From NCBI GenBank assembly GCA_002189035.1, contig CM007989.1, positions 1,736,001 to 1,800,000 on the forward strand: 64,000 nucleotides of DNA. Direction: 5' to 3'. The DNA is from Utricularia gibba (taxonomy: Eukaryota; Plantae; Magnoliophyta). The stretch's first letter is position 1, and each line of letters begins with the position of its first letter. The notes under the pieces are model-generated. The model made no database searches. It was given only the letters and a program-made list of their open reading frames with translations, and was not told the origin of the DNA. This document shows, piece by piece, positions 50,626 to 61,713 of the stretch. The translations under genes and the position numbers were made by a program.

Positions 50626-51495
50626 AGCTCTAATGGTCAGAGCTATTTGATTTGTGGAATTCCCTTTTTTCCACGGTACAAAACTTGTAAAACCAAAAAA
50701 AAAAACGTCATAAATACTAAAATAAAGGCTTTGATTCCCTAGCTCCTAATTAAAAATGTCAATGTGCTTTTTTATTTAATCCTATGAAAATTAAATTAAT
50801 TAAGGTTTATTACACTAATACACAATTAAGAATAGGCATTATTGTAAGCTCCCTTTGTTCGGCAACCCAAGGGACAAGGCATTCATGTCCTCGCACTGTA
50901 CGTATCATAATTCAATGATAGTCGGAAGTCATTAATGCTAAAAAATAATTTTAATTAAGAAAAGTAAAAATAAAATATTATAGTAAATTTAATTATTATG
51001 TACTTAAGTAAATTATATTTAAATTAACACATATTACATAAGTAAAATATACATTTATTTTATACATACATATGTAAAATAAAATATTATATTTGATAAA
51101 TGTATTTAAAATAGATAATTTTTAGTAAATGTTAATTATATGCATAATTTTTATTCATATTTATTTCATAAATCTTGATCAACAAAATTTTGACCCAATT
51201 TGAAAATAAAAGATAAATATAAAACAGTTAGCATATTAATTTGCTAAAGTATTTATGTTAAAATATATGTTATGTTATATTATTTTTATTGGTTTTTTTA
51301 TGAAATATTCCAATTTATGTGTTTTTAACTAACAAAAGTTATAATTAGGGTTCACAACGAAATAAAGTCGTTATTATTTTTAATTTTTTCAAAATCGTTT
51401 TATTTTTCATAATTATACGTGCATAATCTCATTTGAAACCACAAAATTGTTTGAAAAAAAAAAAACCAAACACGTGCATATTTACAATGATGTGC

Positions 51496-51809
51496 TGCTG
51501 CAAATAGGGTTGGCTAATGAATCGAACGAGCCTAAACATGAAGTGTTCGTCATTTCATATTCTTTTGTTGACGATTTCGGATAAAAAATATTGTTTAAAT
51601 AGTGCGTGTTAAATATAAGCTATGTTCATATTCATTCATTTGATATTCAAATTGTATAGTTGTTGATGTTCCAAATTGTTCACGATCTTGTTCGTGTTCG
51701 TTCATTAAGGATTTCGAACAAAATTTTATGTTCGAACCGCAATTGATAATTGATTTGAACCACTTGGAAGGAACTGCTGGGTTGGTTAGCAAGTCCTTGC
51801 TGCAAATAG
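51496..51809. mobile_element. Possible degenerate non-autonomous hAT/MITE-like remnant
   Basis: Begins TAGGGTTG...AACGAGCC, contains several GTTCG/CGAAC motifs, and is bracketed by the 12-bp direct repeat TGCTGCAAATAG (51496-51507, 51798-51809). No matching right TIR found. Confidence 0.35.
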
Positions 51810-51986
51810 CATCAATATCCTAAGAAACAATATGGAAAAACAAGACTATGAAACAAAGTAAACAGGAGCACATAAGGTCATATATGACTGACTACAAACC
51901 CTAGATTCAGTTGCCAAGGTATGCGATGATCATATACACAGTACATTTGTGTGAATTTTTCATCCACGAATACGAGGAGTTTTCGT

Positions 51987-53519
51987 CTAAGAGAGGGAAA
52001 GCTTCGTGTTAATGTTTGGATCAACATCTTTGGTCGAGTGCTTGAGCTCGTTGTTGGAGTAAAGACCGAGTCCAAGGCTAAGTCTCAAGTCATCGGGACA
52101 TTCATCATTCTTTGCTTCATTTCTCTGTTGGGTTAACGGCAACATGAATGGAAAGGAACTCAAAAGAATAACCATGGCGTTTGAAGTTTTTGTTACCTGG
52201 GGTATGATCATTGGCTTCTTCTGCTCGTCGGGATTGGTAACTGGGTTTGAAAGGCTCCAGAAAGATTGGTGTCCGAGGTTTGTGGTTGAAGAAGCTTTCA
52301 TTTCCAGAGGTGACCCTATTCTTTCTTCATTGGACCTGACCGAAGCGGTGTCCGGAGCCATCCTTGATCTGATCCGATCGTTGAGCTCTCGAGGAGATGA
52401 ATACGGCTGGTGAAATCTGCATCGATTCAGAAGATTAAAACCGAGAAACCATGTAAAAATCTGGGACACCGTATACCTGAGAGGTAAGGGCTTGGTGGTG
52501 TCATAGGGATGAAGACAATGAGGGTTTTGTGAGAAGCTTTGGAGGAAGTCACCGTTGGGACTTCGGTTGGGATCCGGATTCCTTACGAAGACGATGCCTC
52601 CGTTTTCGAATCTCAGCTGATGCAGAAAAGGGCTGCATCTGTTGTACGTTGCACCAAAAAACGGGTGTCTCCCATGAATTCCACCGGAAGGCCTATTTGT
52701 ATGACCTACCACTGCATCCACATGGAGTTGGTTAGTTCTGTAACCTTAAAACAGAACTGTAATAACCATAGAGAAGTTAATGCACCTTTCCCAGACTCAT
52801 CCAGCTTCTTGCTTCTGTACATCTGAACCACAACCATACAATGTAATAGTGAGGCATTTTTTTTTCTTAGGGGTTTTGGGAAAAGTTTTTCACGAGATTT
52901 AGAGATCGGAATGTGCCCAATTATCATGGTGATCATTATGTGCAGAGATAGGTGAGTGACGACCAAGGACATTGACTGAGAGATTATTAGGGTTTGAAAC
53001 CTTTCTTGCGCAAAGCTGGGAATTTTGGATGTACCTGTAGATGGCTTTTAACATGGGAGATGCTGAGCCCCCTGACATTCATCAGCTGGAGAACGGACTT
53101 CGGAGTTGCTCCTAAGGGAAAAAAGCCGCCGGAAAATGTCGAATGTTATGCGTAAAAATCGAAGAAAAGAGCGCAAGATTTGCAAAGCGCCACAACTCAC
53201 TTTCTTGTCCACCTAACCTCTCTACAGCACGAACAAATGAGTGATGAAGATCGGAAGTCCAACGCAGCCGAGGCGTTTTTGATCGAATATATTGTCGAAC
53301 ATTCGACTTTCGCTCGGTCCCTTCACCGGAGTGAGAACTGATATCACCGGATTTTTCCCCTTTAGTCTTCTCATCACCAACAACGTTGCTCCCACCTTCT
53401 TCATTCAAGTCAACCGACGAATTATTCTCCGATGAATACGACCGTACTTTTTCAGTTGCCCCTCCTGCTGCTTCATCGGTGATCGCCTTCTTGTCGTCCG
53501 CCATGGAGGATAAGCTCAT
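51987..53519 (-). CDS. GARP/G2-like MYB-related transcription factor, 4 exons
   Basis: RQYIRSKTPRLRWTSDLHHSFVRAVERLGGQE|RATPKSVLQLMNVRGLSISHVKSHLQ|MYRSKK; EAR-like DLRLSLGL near the C-terminus. Confidence 0.92.
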
Positions 53520-55973
53520 CCCAGCATACTCCCTGTTCACAAAGAGGAAAAGAAAACCCTAAAAGAGATGAGGAAGCTTTTCGGAACGAACTTGCAGGGA
53601 AACCTAGAAGGGTTTCTTTAGATCTGGAAATGGAAGACAGCAGCAATTGATGCCTTATAAACAAACAACAAAGGGGTTGAAAGGTTCAAGTTCTTGGGAG
53701 AAGAAAAGCAGGAGAAAGAGTTAGAGATGGGAACAAATACCTGCTCCTTGCTTTGTTTATGGAGGTTGGAAGCTAACTATTCAACAACGGAATTAAATTC
53801 GAATGGAGGATTCATTTGATGTGAGATTTTGTAACTAGACTTTCAAGCAAATGTCACCTTTTCATAATGGAAAAAAGGGGCCTTCATATTCAGACAGCAG
53901 AACTGAGAGTTCAACAGTTCTCAGACAATCTCCTTGTAATAATGCAATTATTCTCATATTATAGGCTCCAGATGAGCATGGTCCCGTCAGTCATCATGTG
54001 ACTTCCTTCAACTTTCTCACCCTGCCTTCGTCCTTTTATTTTAAAAAAACTCATTATTGTTACATTACTGATCTTTTATCTTGCATTTGGTATCTGCTTT
54101 TCAACTCATTCCACCCAAGCTCAGAAGACGCATATATAGAGATGTACTGCTTGCTTAAACTAATGGGGTTTTGTTAGTCAAAAAACTCATTAAAATCTTG
54201 AATGGGCAGCTGTGGGATACTTGTTTTTCCATTGAAGAAGACAGCATATTCTATTCTGAGGTGCTGTGTTGCTTGTGTTGGATAGTTCTTATGCCGCCAC
54301 GTACGCAGCTGATCCACCTCCACCCGTTGAGGATTGAGATTAGGTAGGCTTGGACATTGGATTGAATCAAGAACATGAAATAAATGATACCACTGCTGCG
54401 CTGAAATCCTGTGGGACTTCTGAGCCCCCAGCATGACATACCCATGTGGAGAAATGGACGACATCTGCTACCTGAGTGCGTTTTTCTAGTTCACACATCC
54501 CTCCATCAATAATCAAGTATTCATGTTTTTGATCTAGCTCGACCATGTGCTTAATAAGATAAGCAAGATTTGAAATATTACAACGAATAATCTTATATTA
54601 GAAAGTAAAATGAATTAATGAAGTATATAAAAAATTATAAATTATGAGTTTTTGATTGAACCTAATTTTTTATAATATAATTTATATTTATTGTATATTT
54701 AAATTTCAGATATGTTATCTTTACCCATTAGATTTTTCATTTCAACATGTAAGACATTTTACATAACCCCTTCAACCATATTCTTGATCTAAAGTGTGTG
54801 ACATATCATAAGAACCAATTATAACAAACTTGCATCCCTTATATAAATCATGATATTTCGTTTTCATTTCTCAATGCGTCGTTATCAAATTGATGAAAAA
54901 GATGTGTTCTAAATCTGATCTACACCAGCTTATTGTTATTATTTTGTATTAGGATCCTTAATGTAAAATGATTAAGCATAATGAGGGGAGCTTAGTTTTG
55001 GATGACAAAAGTCAAAGGTAGGGGGCATTGAGGAAGGGTGATTAATTGAACTTGGGGGGTACGGACAGCTGCCACTTCCTTAAGGGTAGGTCTGTAGGGG
55101 GTTATTATTGTTCATTTTTCAACAGACTTTCCGGTCACGGGCAGGAGGTGAATTAGTATGACCCGAGAAGCTCCGGTGGGGGCCCCGCTCAGGATTCATA
55201 CACATATTACTTAATTACCTTCTAGCTAGACTTATAATTCGCCTCTAATCATGATTAATTAATATTTAATTAATGGCGCATTTCTACATCTGAGGCAATT
55301 AAAAGCAAAAAAGCAAGTAGAAAGGGGCCGCCACGTCCATCAAACGCGTCATGGGCTGGGAACAGTTTCGGCCCAACACTATAAATTCGTTTTTCCATTC
55401 ATTGCAATAGAGAGTCTAGGGTCCTACTAATGATATCTAATATTAATTACCGATGCAATAGAATAGGTATTTAAATAGAGTGATTTTCATAATTGTATGC
55501 GAACGATTTTTCCGAAAAAAGGATGTAAAACCGTAAAATTGAGTATTTAAAAAGAACAATATTGTACAAGATTGAGATAAATCGTGACATTATTTTTTCT
55601 TTGTTTGAAGGGTATAATTTAGTCTTCCTTTTGAAAATTTATTCTTAGATTCGTTTATTTGTTGAAATATATATTTTTTAAAATCTTTTTTATTTGGTAG
55701 ACGTATTTTTAATAGATTATTCGTTTATATTCAAAAAATATAAATTTTATCAATTTATTTTAAATGCTTTATATATTTATCTACATAAATATTATCCAAA
55801 TATATTTGTTTCCGGGTCATTGAATGGAATTCAAAGCAGCTAAAATAAGGGGTGTTCATATTACGAATCTTGTTCAGTCCGAGTGAGAATGAGGTAACAT
55901 TTGTGCCACAAATAACGACATCGTTGACTTTTTAGGATCGTTAACCACTAATTAAAGCGTGGAATTTTCAAGA

Positions 55974-55983
55974 ATGTCGACAT
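55974..55983. promoter_or_regulatory. Zinc-deficiency response element (ZDRE, RTGTCGACAY)
   Basis: Perfect palindrome ATGTCGACAT about 200 bp upstream of the ZIP ATG; TATA-like TTATATAG at about 56078. Confidence 0.85.
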
Positions 55984-56181
55984 CTCCATAAGGGGTGTCA
56001 CCACGCTATGAGAATCCCCCCGGAAAAGTCAGCAACGGCCGCTGGTTTTTCGGTACATCACGCGTTGGAGATCTTGATTTATATAGGTGGGTGGGGGATC
56101 GGATGCCGACGAAATGACTGGCTGACTGACTGACTGACGGACGGACTTTGTTGGGAAACGGAGACCGCTGCTCAGCAATAG

Positions 56182-57402
56182 ATGAGGACTTTTTGCTTGG
56201 CCTTCCTGTTCCTGCTACCGGCGGTGGTCCTCGGTGACTGCACGTGCGACATCGGGGTGGAGGGGAGGGCGACCGGAGGAGCCTCGCCCTGAAATACAAG
56301 TTGGCGGCGATCGCGTCTATTTTGGTGGCGGGGGCGATCGGGGTTGGGCTGCCGACGCTGGGGAGGAAGATATTCCCTGCTCTCAGCCCGGAGAGGAACT
56401 TTTTCTTCATCGTGAAGGCGTTCGCTGCGGGAGTGATTCTCGCCACCGGCTTCATCCACGTCTTGCCAGATGCTTTTGATGACTTGTCATCCCCATGCCT
56501 CGATCAGAACCCCTGGGGGAGCTTCCCTTTTGCAGGATTCATCGCCATGGTTGCTGCTATTGGGACTCTCATGGTCGACACCTACGCCACGTCGTACTAC
56601 CACCACCGTGGATCGAACACCACCTCCGGCGCTGCTGACGTGGAAGCCGCCGCTAAAACGTACGATGGCCACACACATACACATACACATGCGCATGATC
56701 ACGCCCATGGTCTGCCTTCCGATAAAGTTCAACTACTCCGCCACCGTGTTATCTCTCAGGTATATATATTTTCTCGGTGACCTCTTTTTCCCATTTTTCC
56801 CCAAAGCTTGTTCATGATCCGCTCCAAATCGGCTGCTCCTGTTTTGATCTCAATTCTATTACGGTGAAGGTGCTGGAGCTTGGGATTATTGTGCATTCAG
56901 TGATAATCGGGATTGCCCTGGGAGCATCAGAGAACCCATCAACGATAAGACCACTCATCGGAGCGCTGACATTCCACCAGTTGTTCGAAGGGATGGGGCT
57001 CGGTGGGTGCATTTCACAGGTACTCTCTTCATGAATCTGCGGTTGATCTGGGAAGCCATCCAGTTTACCAACCTTGCTGCGTATGCCCGCAATACAGGGA
57101 AATTTCAAGGCTAAAACAGTGGCCACCATGGCAGCCTTCTTCTCCCTGACGACTCCGGTCGGCATCGCCATTGGGATCGGGATAACGAACGTGTATAGCG
57201 AGACGAGTCCAACGGCGCTGATAGTGCAGGGGGTCTTCAACTCCGCGTCGTCGGGGATTCTGATATACATGGCTCTGGTGGATCTTCTGGCTGCTGATTT
57301 TATGAGCTCCAAGATTCAGGGGAACTGGAAGTTGCAGGGTGCAGCCAATTTGTCTCTTCTTTTGGGAGCCGGCTGCATGGCACTTTTGGCCAAGTGGGCG
57401 TA
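56182..57402 (+). CDS. ZIP-family Zn/Fe transporter (ZIP1/3/5-like), 3 exons; one apparent frameshift at 56264-56275
   Basis: Signal-like [22 protein letters not shown]; [15 protein letters not shown]; [21 protein letters not shown]; His-rich loop; RVISQ|[14 protein letters not shown]; [16 protein letters not shown]|; ends LAKWA. Confidence 0.95.
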
Positions 57403-58113
57403 GAAATTGGATCATCGTGAGGATGAACATAAAAGCGAAACATCAGCAGAAGAAGCAGCAGCATAGGTTTTCTTACTTGAATCAACACACCATGAGTGAG
57501 TTACATACAGTGTTTTCACCACAAATTCATTCCAGAGTAGCAGAGCCAATCCATCAACAGAGTAGATTATACATACATAAGTAGTAGCACCAAAATTCAC
57601 CATCCAAATTTGACACATTCTATTCTAATAAATAATTACATATCGAAAAATTAAAATAAAATAATAAAAAATATAAAAAATTATAAATTACTAATAATCA
57701 ATTGTATTTAATTTTTTTAATATAAATTAAAAAAACAAGACCCCTTTGCATAATACTATAAGTAAGAATATTGGATTTTTCTGGATGCATGTTTATTGTG
57801 TAGTTAAATGATAGTTTGAATCATTGGATTTTCAATTTCAACAGATACCTCGAAAAATCCATCCGTCAAAAAACATTGGCCTGGATTAGATTGTATTTAT
57901 GTGCAAATTGCAGTATTAAGCAACAGTTTCATAAGAGCATCCGCCAATCCTTTTTGTGTGGTGTGGAAGCATTTTGCTGCGCCGAGGTCTATGAGTCGTA
58001 TTCACTCTTCCCACTAGGAACCATATTCGCAATTAATAAATGTAGTGCAAGTTGTGCTCCGATTACCAGCAAGCGGAGCAGAGCAGAGCAGAACCAGCGC
58101 AGCCCCAAGCAGG

Positions 58114-59550
58114 ATGAAGAAGACGCTTGATTTGGTGTTCATTCCGTTTCCTGGGGTGAGTCACCTCGTCTCCAGTGTCGAAGCAGCCAAGCTCCTCCTC
58201 CGCCGCGATGGCCACCGCGGCCGTCTCGCGGTCACCGTCCTTACCATGAAACTGGCGAGCGAACGTCATCTGGAGGGGTATTTGCAGAAGGTGTCCTCAG
58301 ATCCGGACACCCCCACGGCCCTCCGATTCATCCCTCTGACTCCTCAGCAGCCCGGCTCCACAGCAACCTCCTTCCAGTACATCGAAAGCCTTAAGGATTC
58401 CGTCAGGGAGCTACTGATTTCCGATCAACTCATGGACCAGTCTCGCCGGGTTGGGGGACTCGTCGTGGGGATGTTCTGTACGATATTCATGGAGATCGCC
58501 GCCGAGCTCGGTATCCCTGTCTACGTATTCTACACCTCAGGGGCATGTCCTCTGGTACTGATATCCCATCTTCTGAAGCAGGAAGATTTGGATCTCACCC
58601 AATACTGCGACTCCGATGCTGAGTTGAGTATCCCCTGTTTTTCTTCTCCGGTTCCGGCAAAAGTTATACCTCGTTCTCTAGTTGAAGCGAGCCCCTTCAG
58701 GGACTTCGTCATTTCCAGCTTCAGGAGGATAATTCAATCGAGGGGTATCTTGGTTAACACCTTCTCCGATATGGAATCCCTTGCGATCGAGTCTGCAACT
58801 TCCGACCACAAAATCCCAAAGCTTTATCCCGTCGGGCCCATTCTCAACTTGCCTACTGTAACCAAATCACCCGATGACGTCATCGGAAAGTGGCTCGACG
58901 ATCAGCCCGAGAGTTCGGTTGTTTTTCTTTGCTTCGGAAGCATGGGGAGCTTCGAAGAGACACAAATCAGGGAAATCGCGACGGCATTGGAGAAATCCGG
59001 AATCCGTTTCCTATGGTCACTGAGGAAGCCGCCGGGAAAGGAGAGTGGGGCTTTGCAGTTCACCTCCGACTACGAAAGCTTCGAGGGTATTCTGCCCGAG
59101 GGTTTCCTGAATCGGACCGAAGGAATCGGGAAGGTGATCGGATGGGCGCCGCAGGCAGCGGTGCTGGCCCATCCCGCAGTGGGGGGATTCATTTCTCACT
59201 GCGGATGGAATTCCACTCTGGAGAGCGTGTGGTTCGGCGTTCCGGTGGCGACATTTCCCCTGTCGGCAGAGCAGCAGGTGAACGCGTTTCATCTCGTGAG
59301 GGAACTGAATATGGCAGAGGAGATCAGGGTTGACTACAATGTGGGGTCCATGGGCGGTGCCCCGTCAGAGATCGTCGGCGCAGAGGACATCGAAGCGGCG
59401 ATAAGGAGGCTGGTGATCGGAGACGGAGAAGTGAGGAGGAAGGTGAAAGAGATGCAGAGCAAGAGCAGATTGGCTCTGGAGGAAGGTGGCCCCTCCTACA
59501 ACGCACTCAATCATTTCATCGAGGATGTAATCTCAAACATTTCACCTTAA
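58114..59550 (+). CDS. UDP-glycosyltransferase, UGT71-like, copy 1 (intronless)
   Basis: LVFIPFPGVSHL; VVFLCFGSMG; PSPG box WAPQAAVLAHPAVGGFISHCGWNSTLESVWFGVPVATFPLSAEQ. Confidence 0.93.
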   Translation: MKKTLDLVFIPFPGVSHLVSSVEAAKLLLRRDGHRGRLAVTVLTMKLASERHLEGYLQKVSSDPDTPTALRFIPLTPQQPGSTATSFQYIESLKDSVRELLISDQLMDQSRRVGGLVVGMFCTIFMEIAAELGIPVYVFYTSGACPLVLISHLLKQEDLDLTQYCDSDAELSIPCFSSPVPAKVIPRSLVEASPFRDFVISSFRRIIQSRGILVNTFSDMESLAIESATSDHKIPKLYPVGPILNLPTVTKSPDDVIGKWLDDQPESSVVFLCFGSMGSFEETQIREIATALEKSGIRFLWSLRKPPGKESGALQFTSDYESFEGILPEGFLNRTEGIGKVIGWAPQAAVLAHPAVGGFISHCGWNSTLESVWFGVPVATFPLSAEQQVNAFHLVRELNMAEEIRVDYNVGSMGGAPSEIVGAEDIEAAIRRLVIGDGEVRRKVKEMQSKSRLALEEGGPSYNALNHFIEDVISNISP

Positions 59551-59818
59551 AAATAATTAATATTGTCGGCCAATTTATTTAGTTAGATATTAAATTTAAA
59601 ATAATTAAATATTTCAATATATCAGCATTATTACATATATGGTGAAATATTCGTTCAAAAAAAATTAAAATCAAATTTAGTGTAATACAAGTAAATATGA
59701 AAATTTAAATATATTTAATACAATTAATTAGAAAATTATGTACATTTAAATTAAAATAATCCTTTAAATCGTGGATAAGTTCCCATAGATAACGTGGCTG
59801 AGAGCCGGAGTTTTCGCA

Positions 59819-61252
59819 ATGAAGAAGCCTGAGTTGGTTTTCATCCCGGCGCCGGGGCTGAGCCACCTCGTCTCCGCCGTGGAGATGGCGAAGCTCCTTC
59901 TCGCCCGCGACGGCTACGCCTGTCTCACAATCACTGTCCTCACCATGAAACTCGCTAACGATACCGCCGCCGCCGCCTATACCAGCAAGACCTCTTCCGA
60001 TATCAACTCATCGCGCCTGCGCTTCATCCCTCTCCCGCCTCAAGAGGATGGAGCTCAACTGTTTCACTACATCGAGAGCCTCAAGGATCCTATCAGAGAA
60101 ACCGTTTCGAATCTGATGTCTCAAACTTCTTCTCAGATTACTGCCCTTGTTCTCGACATGTTCTGCACTAGCTTCATCGATGTCGCCGCGGAGTTCAGTC
60201 TCCCGTCTTTTGTGTTTTTCACATCCGGTGCGTGTTGTCTTGGACTCTTCTTCCACCTCCTTTCTCTGAAATTCGACCACGGCCAGCAGCTGTCTCAGTT
60301 CAAGAACGTAGACACGGAATTGACGGTGTCCTGTTTCTCGAATCCCGTTCCTGCTAAAGTGCTTCCTGCAATACTTCTTGAAGAGAGCCCCATCGCCACT
60401 ATCATCATCAACTGTTTCAGAAGAATGGGAGAGGCTCAAGAAATTCTTGTGAACACCTTCTACGAGCTGGAATCCTTCGCCATTGACGCCATGGTGACTG
60501 AGGCTAGGATACCCAGAGTTTATCCAATCGGCCCGATTTTGAACCTCAATTCTGCAAAGGGAAGCCCCCATGGCCATGCCAAAGAAGGCGTCAGTCAATC
60601 TCCAGATGAAATCCTCGAATGGCTAGGAAAGCAGCCGGAGAATTCAGTGATTTTCCTGTGCTTCGGAAGCATGGGAAGTTTCCCAGAGGCGCAAGTAAGA
60701 GAAATCGCGGCGGCTCTGGAGAGATCCGGAAGTCGTTTCTTGTGGTCTTTGAGAAAACCACCACAAATCGGAAAGGGACTGATACCTTTTCCGACGGAGT
60801 ACGACGATTTTGAGGAGGTTTTGCCAGAGGGGTTCCTCAATCGGACCGAAGGAATCGGGAAAGTGATCGGATGGGCGCCGCAGGTGGCGGTGCTAGGGCA
60901 TCCCGCGGTGGGAGGATTCGTTTCTCACTGCGGCTGGAATTCGACCCTGGAGAGCATCTGGTTCGGAGTTCCAGTGGCTACGTTTCCGCTATCCGCAGAG
61001 CAACAGTTGAATGCCTTTCAGCTGGTGAAGGAGCTGCAAATGGCGGAAGCCATAAGCATAGAGTACAATAGTGGGATGCGGGAGGGCAGTCCGTCGGCGA
61101 TCGTGGGCGCACAGGAGATAGAGACAGCGATAAGAAGGCTGATGGTGGATGGTGGGGTGGGGGAGAAGGTGAAAGAGATGAAGCGGAAGAGCAGATTGGC
61201 TTTGGAGGAAGGTGGTTCTTCATACAACACACTCAAATCAATTCATCATTGA
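59819..61252 (+). CDS. UDP-glycosyltransferase, UGT71-like, copy 2 (tandem duplicate); C-terminal helix out of frame
   Basis: MKKPELVFIPAPGLSHL; PSPG box WAPQVAVLGHPAVGGFVSHCGWNSTLESIWFGVPVATFPLSAEQ. Confidence 0.92.
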   Translation: MKKPELVFIPAPGLSHLVSAVEMAKLLLARDGYACLTITVLTMKLANDTAAAAYTSKTSSDINSSRLRFIPLPPQEDGAQLFHYIESLKDPIRETVSNLMSQTSSQITALVLDMFCTSFIDVAAEFSLPSFVFFTSGACCLGLFFHLLSLKFDHGQQLSQFKNVDTELTVSCFSNPVPAKVLPAILLEESPIATIIINCFRRMGEAQEILVNTFYELESFAIDAMVTEARIPRVYPIGPILNLNSAKGSPHGHAKEGVSQSPDEILEWLGKQPENSVIFLCFGSMGSFPEAQVREIAAALERSGSRFLWSLRKPPQIGKGLIPFPTEYDDFEEVLPEGFLNRTEGIGKVIGWAPQVAVLGHPAVGGFVSHCGWNSTLESIWFGVPVATFPLSAEQQLNAFQLVKELQMAEAISIEYNSGMREGSPSAIVGAQEIETAIRRLMVDGGVGEKVKEMKRKSRLALEEGGSSYNTLKSIHH

Positions 61253-61713
61253 TGTTGGAATCGATCACACTGGGCTTGATGATGGGGCTCTAATTTGCTT
61301 GCTTGGAATCTAAATTTTGGCTCGCCTGTTCACAAATGACGAAGTATATAATAAGGTATGATATATAATAAAGTATGACTTCATATATACACATACACAC
61401 AACAGATATTCAAGAGAGCTACACTGCCACAACCGGCCATCAACAAATGGCAACTCATGTAATGAGAATAAAAGTGGACAAAATTGGGAACCTGGCGATG
61501 GTGGTGGAAAACATGACTCCAGCAGCTGTATGATGAATTGTATTTGTGTCATGAAGTTTGATCACTTGCTCTCTAGGATCCAAATTTTGATCCTCAAATC
61601 TGTAGGCTAAGAATAGGAACAAAACTGTGTGAGCTTTCCTGCTTCACTGACAAAGAGAATTTTCAATGGCTGCTCAGCTGCTGGTGGTCCTTTATGTACA
61701 TAAATGGATGAGA

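Noticed and set aside
288-58113. N-terminal extensions from the ORF track (288, 18823, 37988, 50092, 58045)
   Set aside because: Most start at TTG or GTG (prokaryotic-style calling), and all extend into UTR-like sequence before the family-typical Met.
59130-59160. UGT pair as Lamiales-type UDP-glucuronosyltransferases
   Set aside because: Both retain Trp at the start of the PSPG box (GWAPQ); the UGT88D glucuronosyltransferases have Arg there.
20519-60598. Long antisense or alternative-frame ORFs (20519-21139, 27134-27763, 31980-32600, 38542-38982, 56006-56455, 60008-60598 and others)
   Set aside because: They overlap real exons and are expected shadow ORFs of GC-rich or repetitive coding sequence.
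9389-61237. Programmed ribosomal frameshifting or insertional RNA editing as a shared explanation for the frameshifts
   Set aside because: The sites lack X XXY YYZ slippery heptamers or a common downstream structure, involve different bases and both signs, and fall in unrelated genes. Homopolymer miscalling is simpler.
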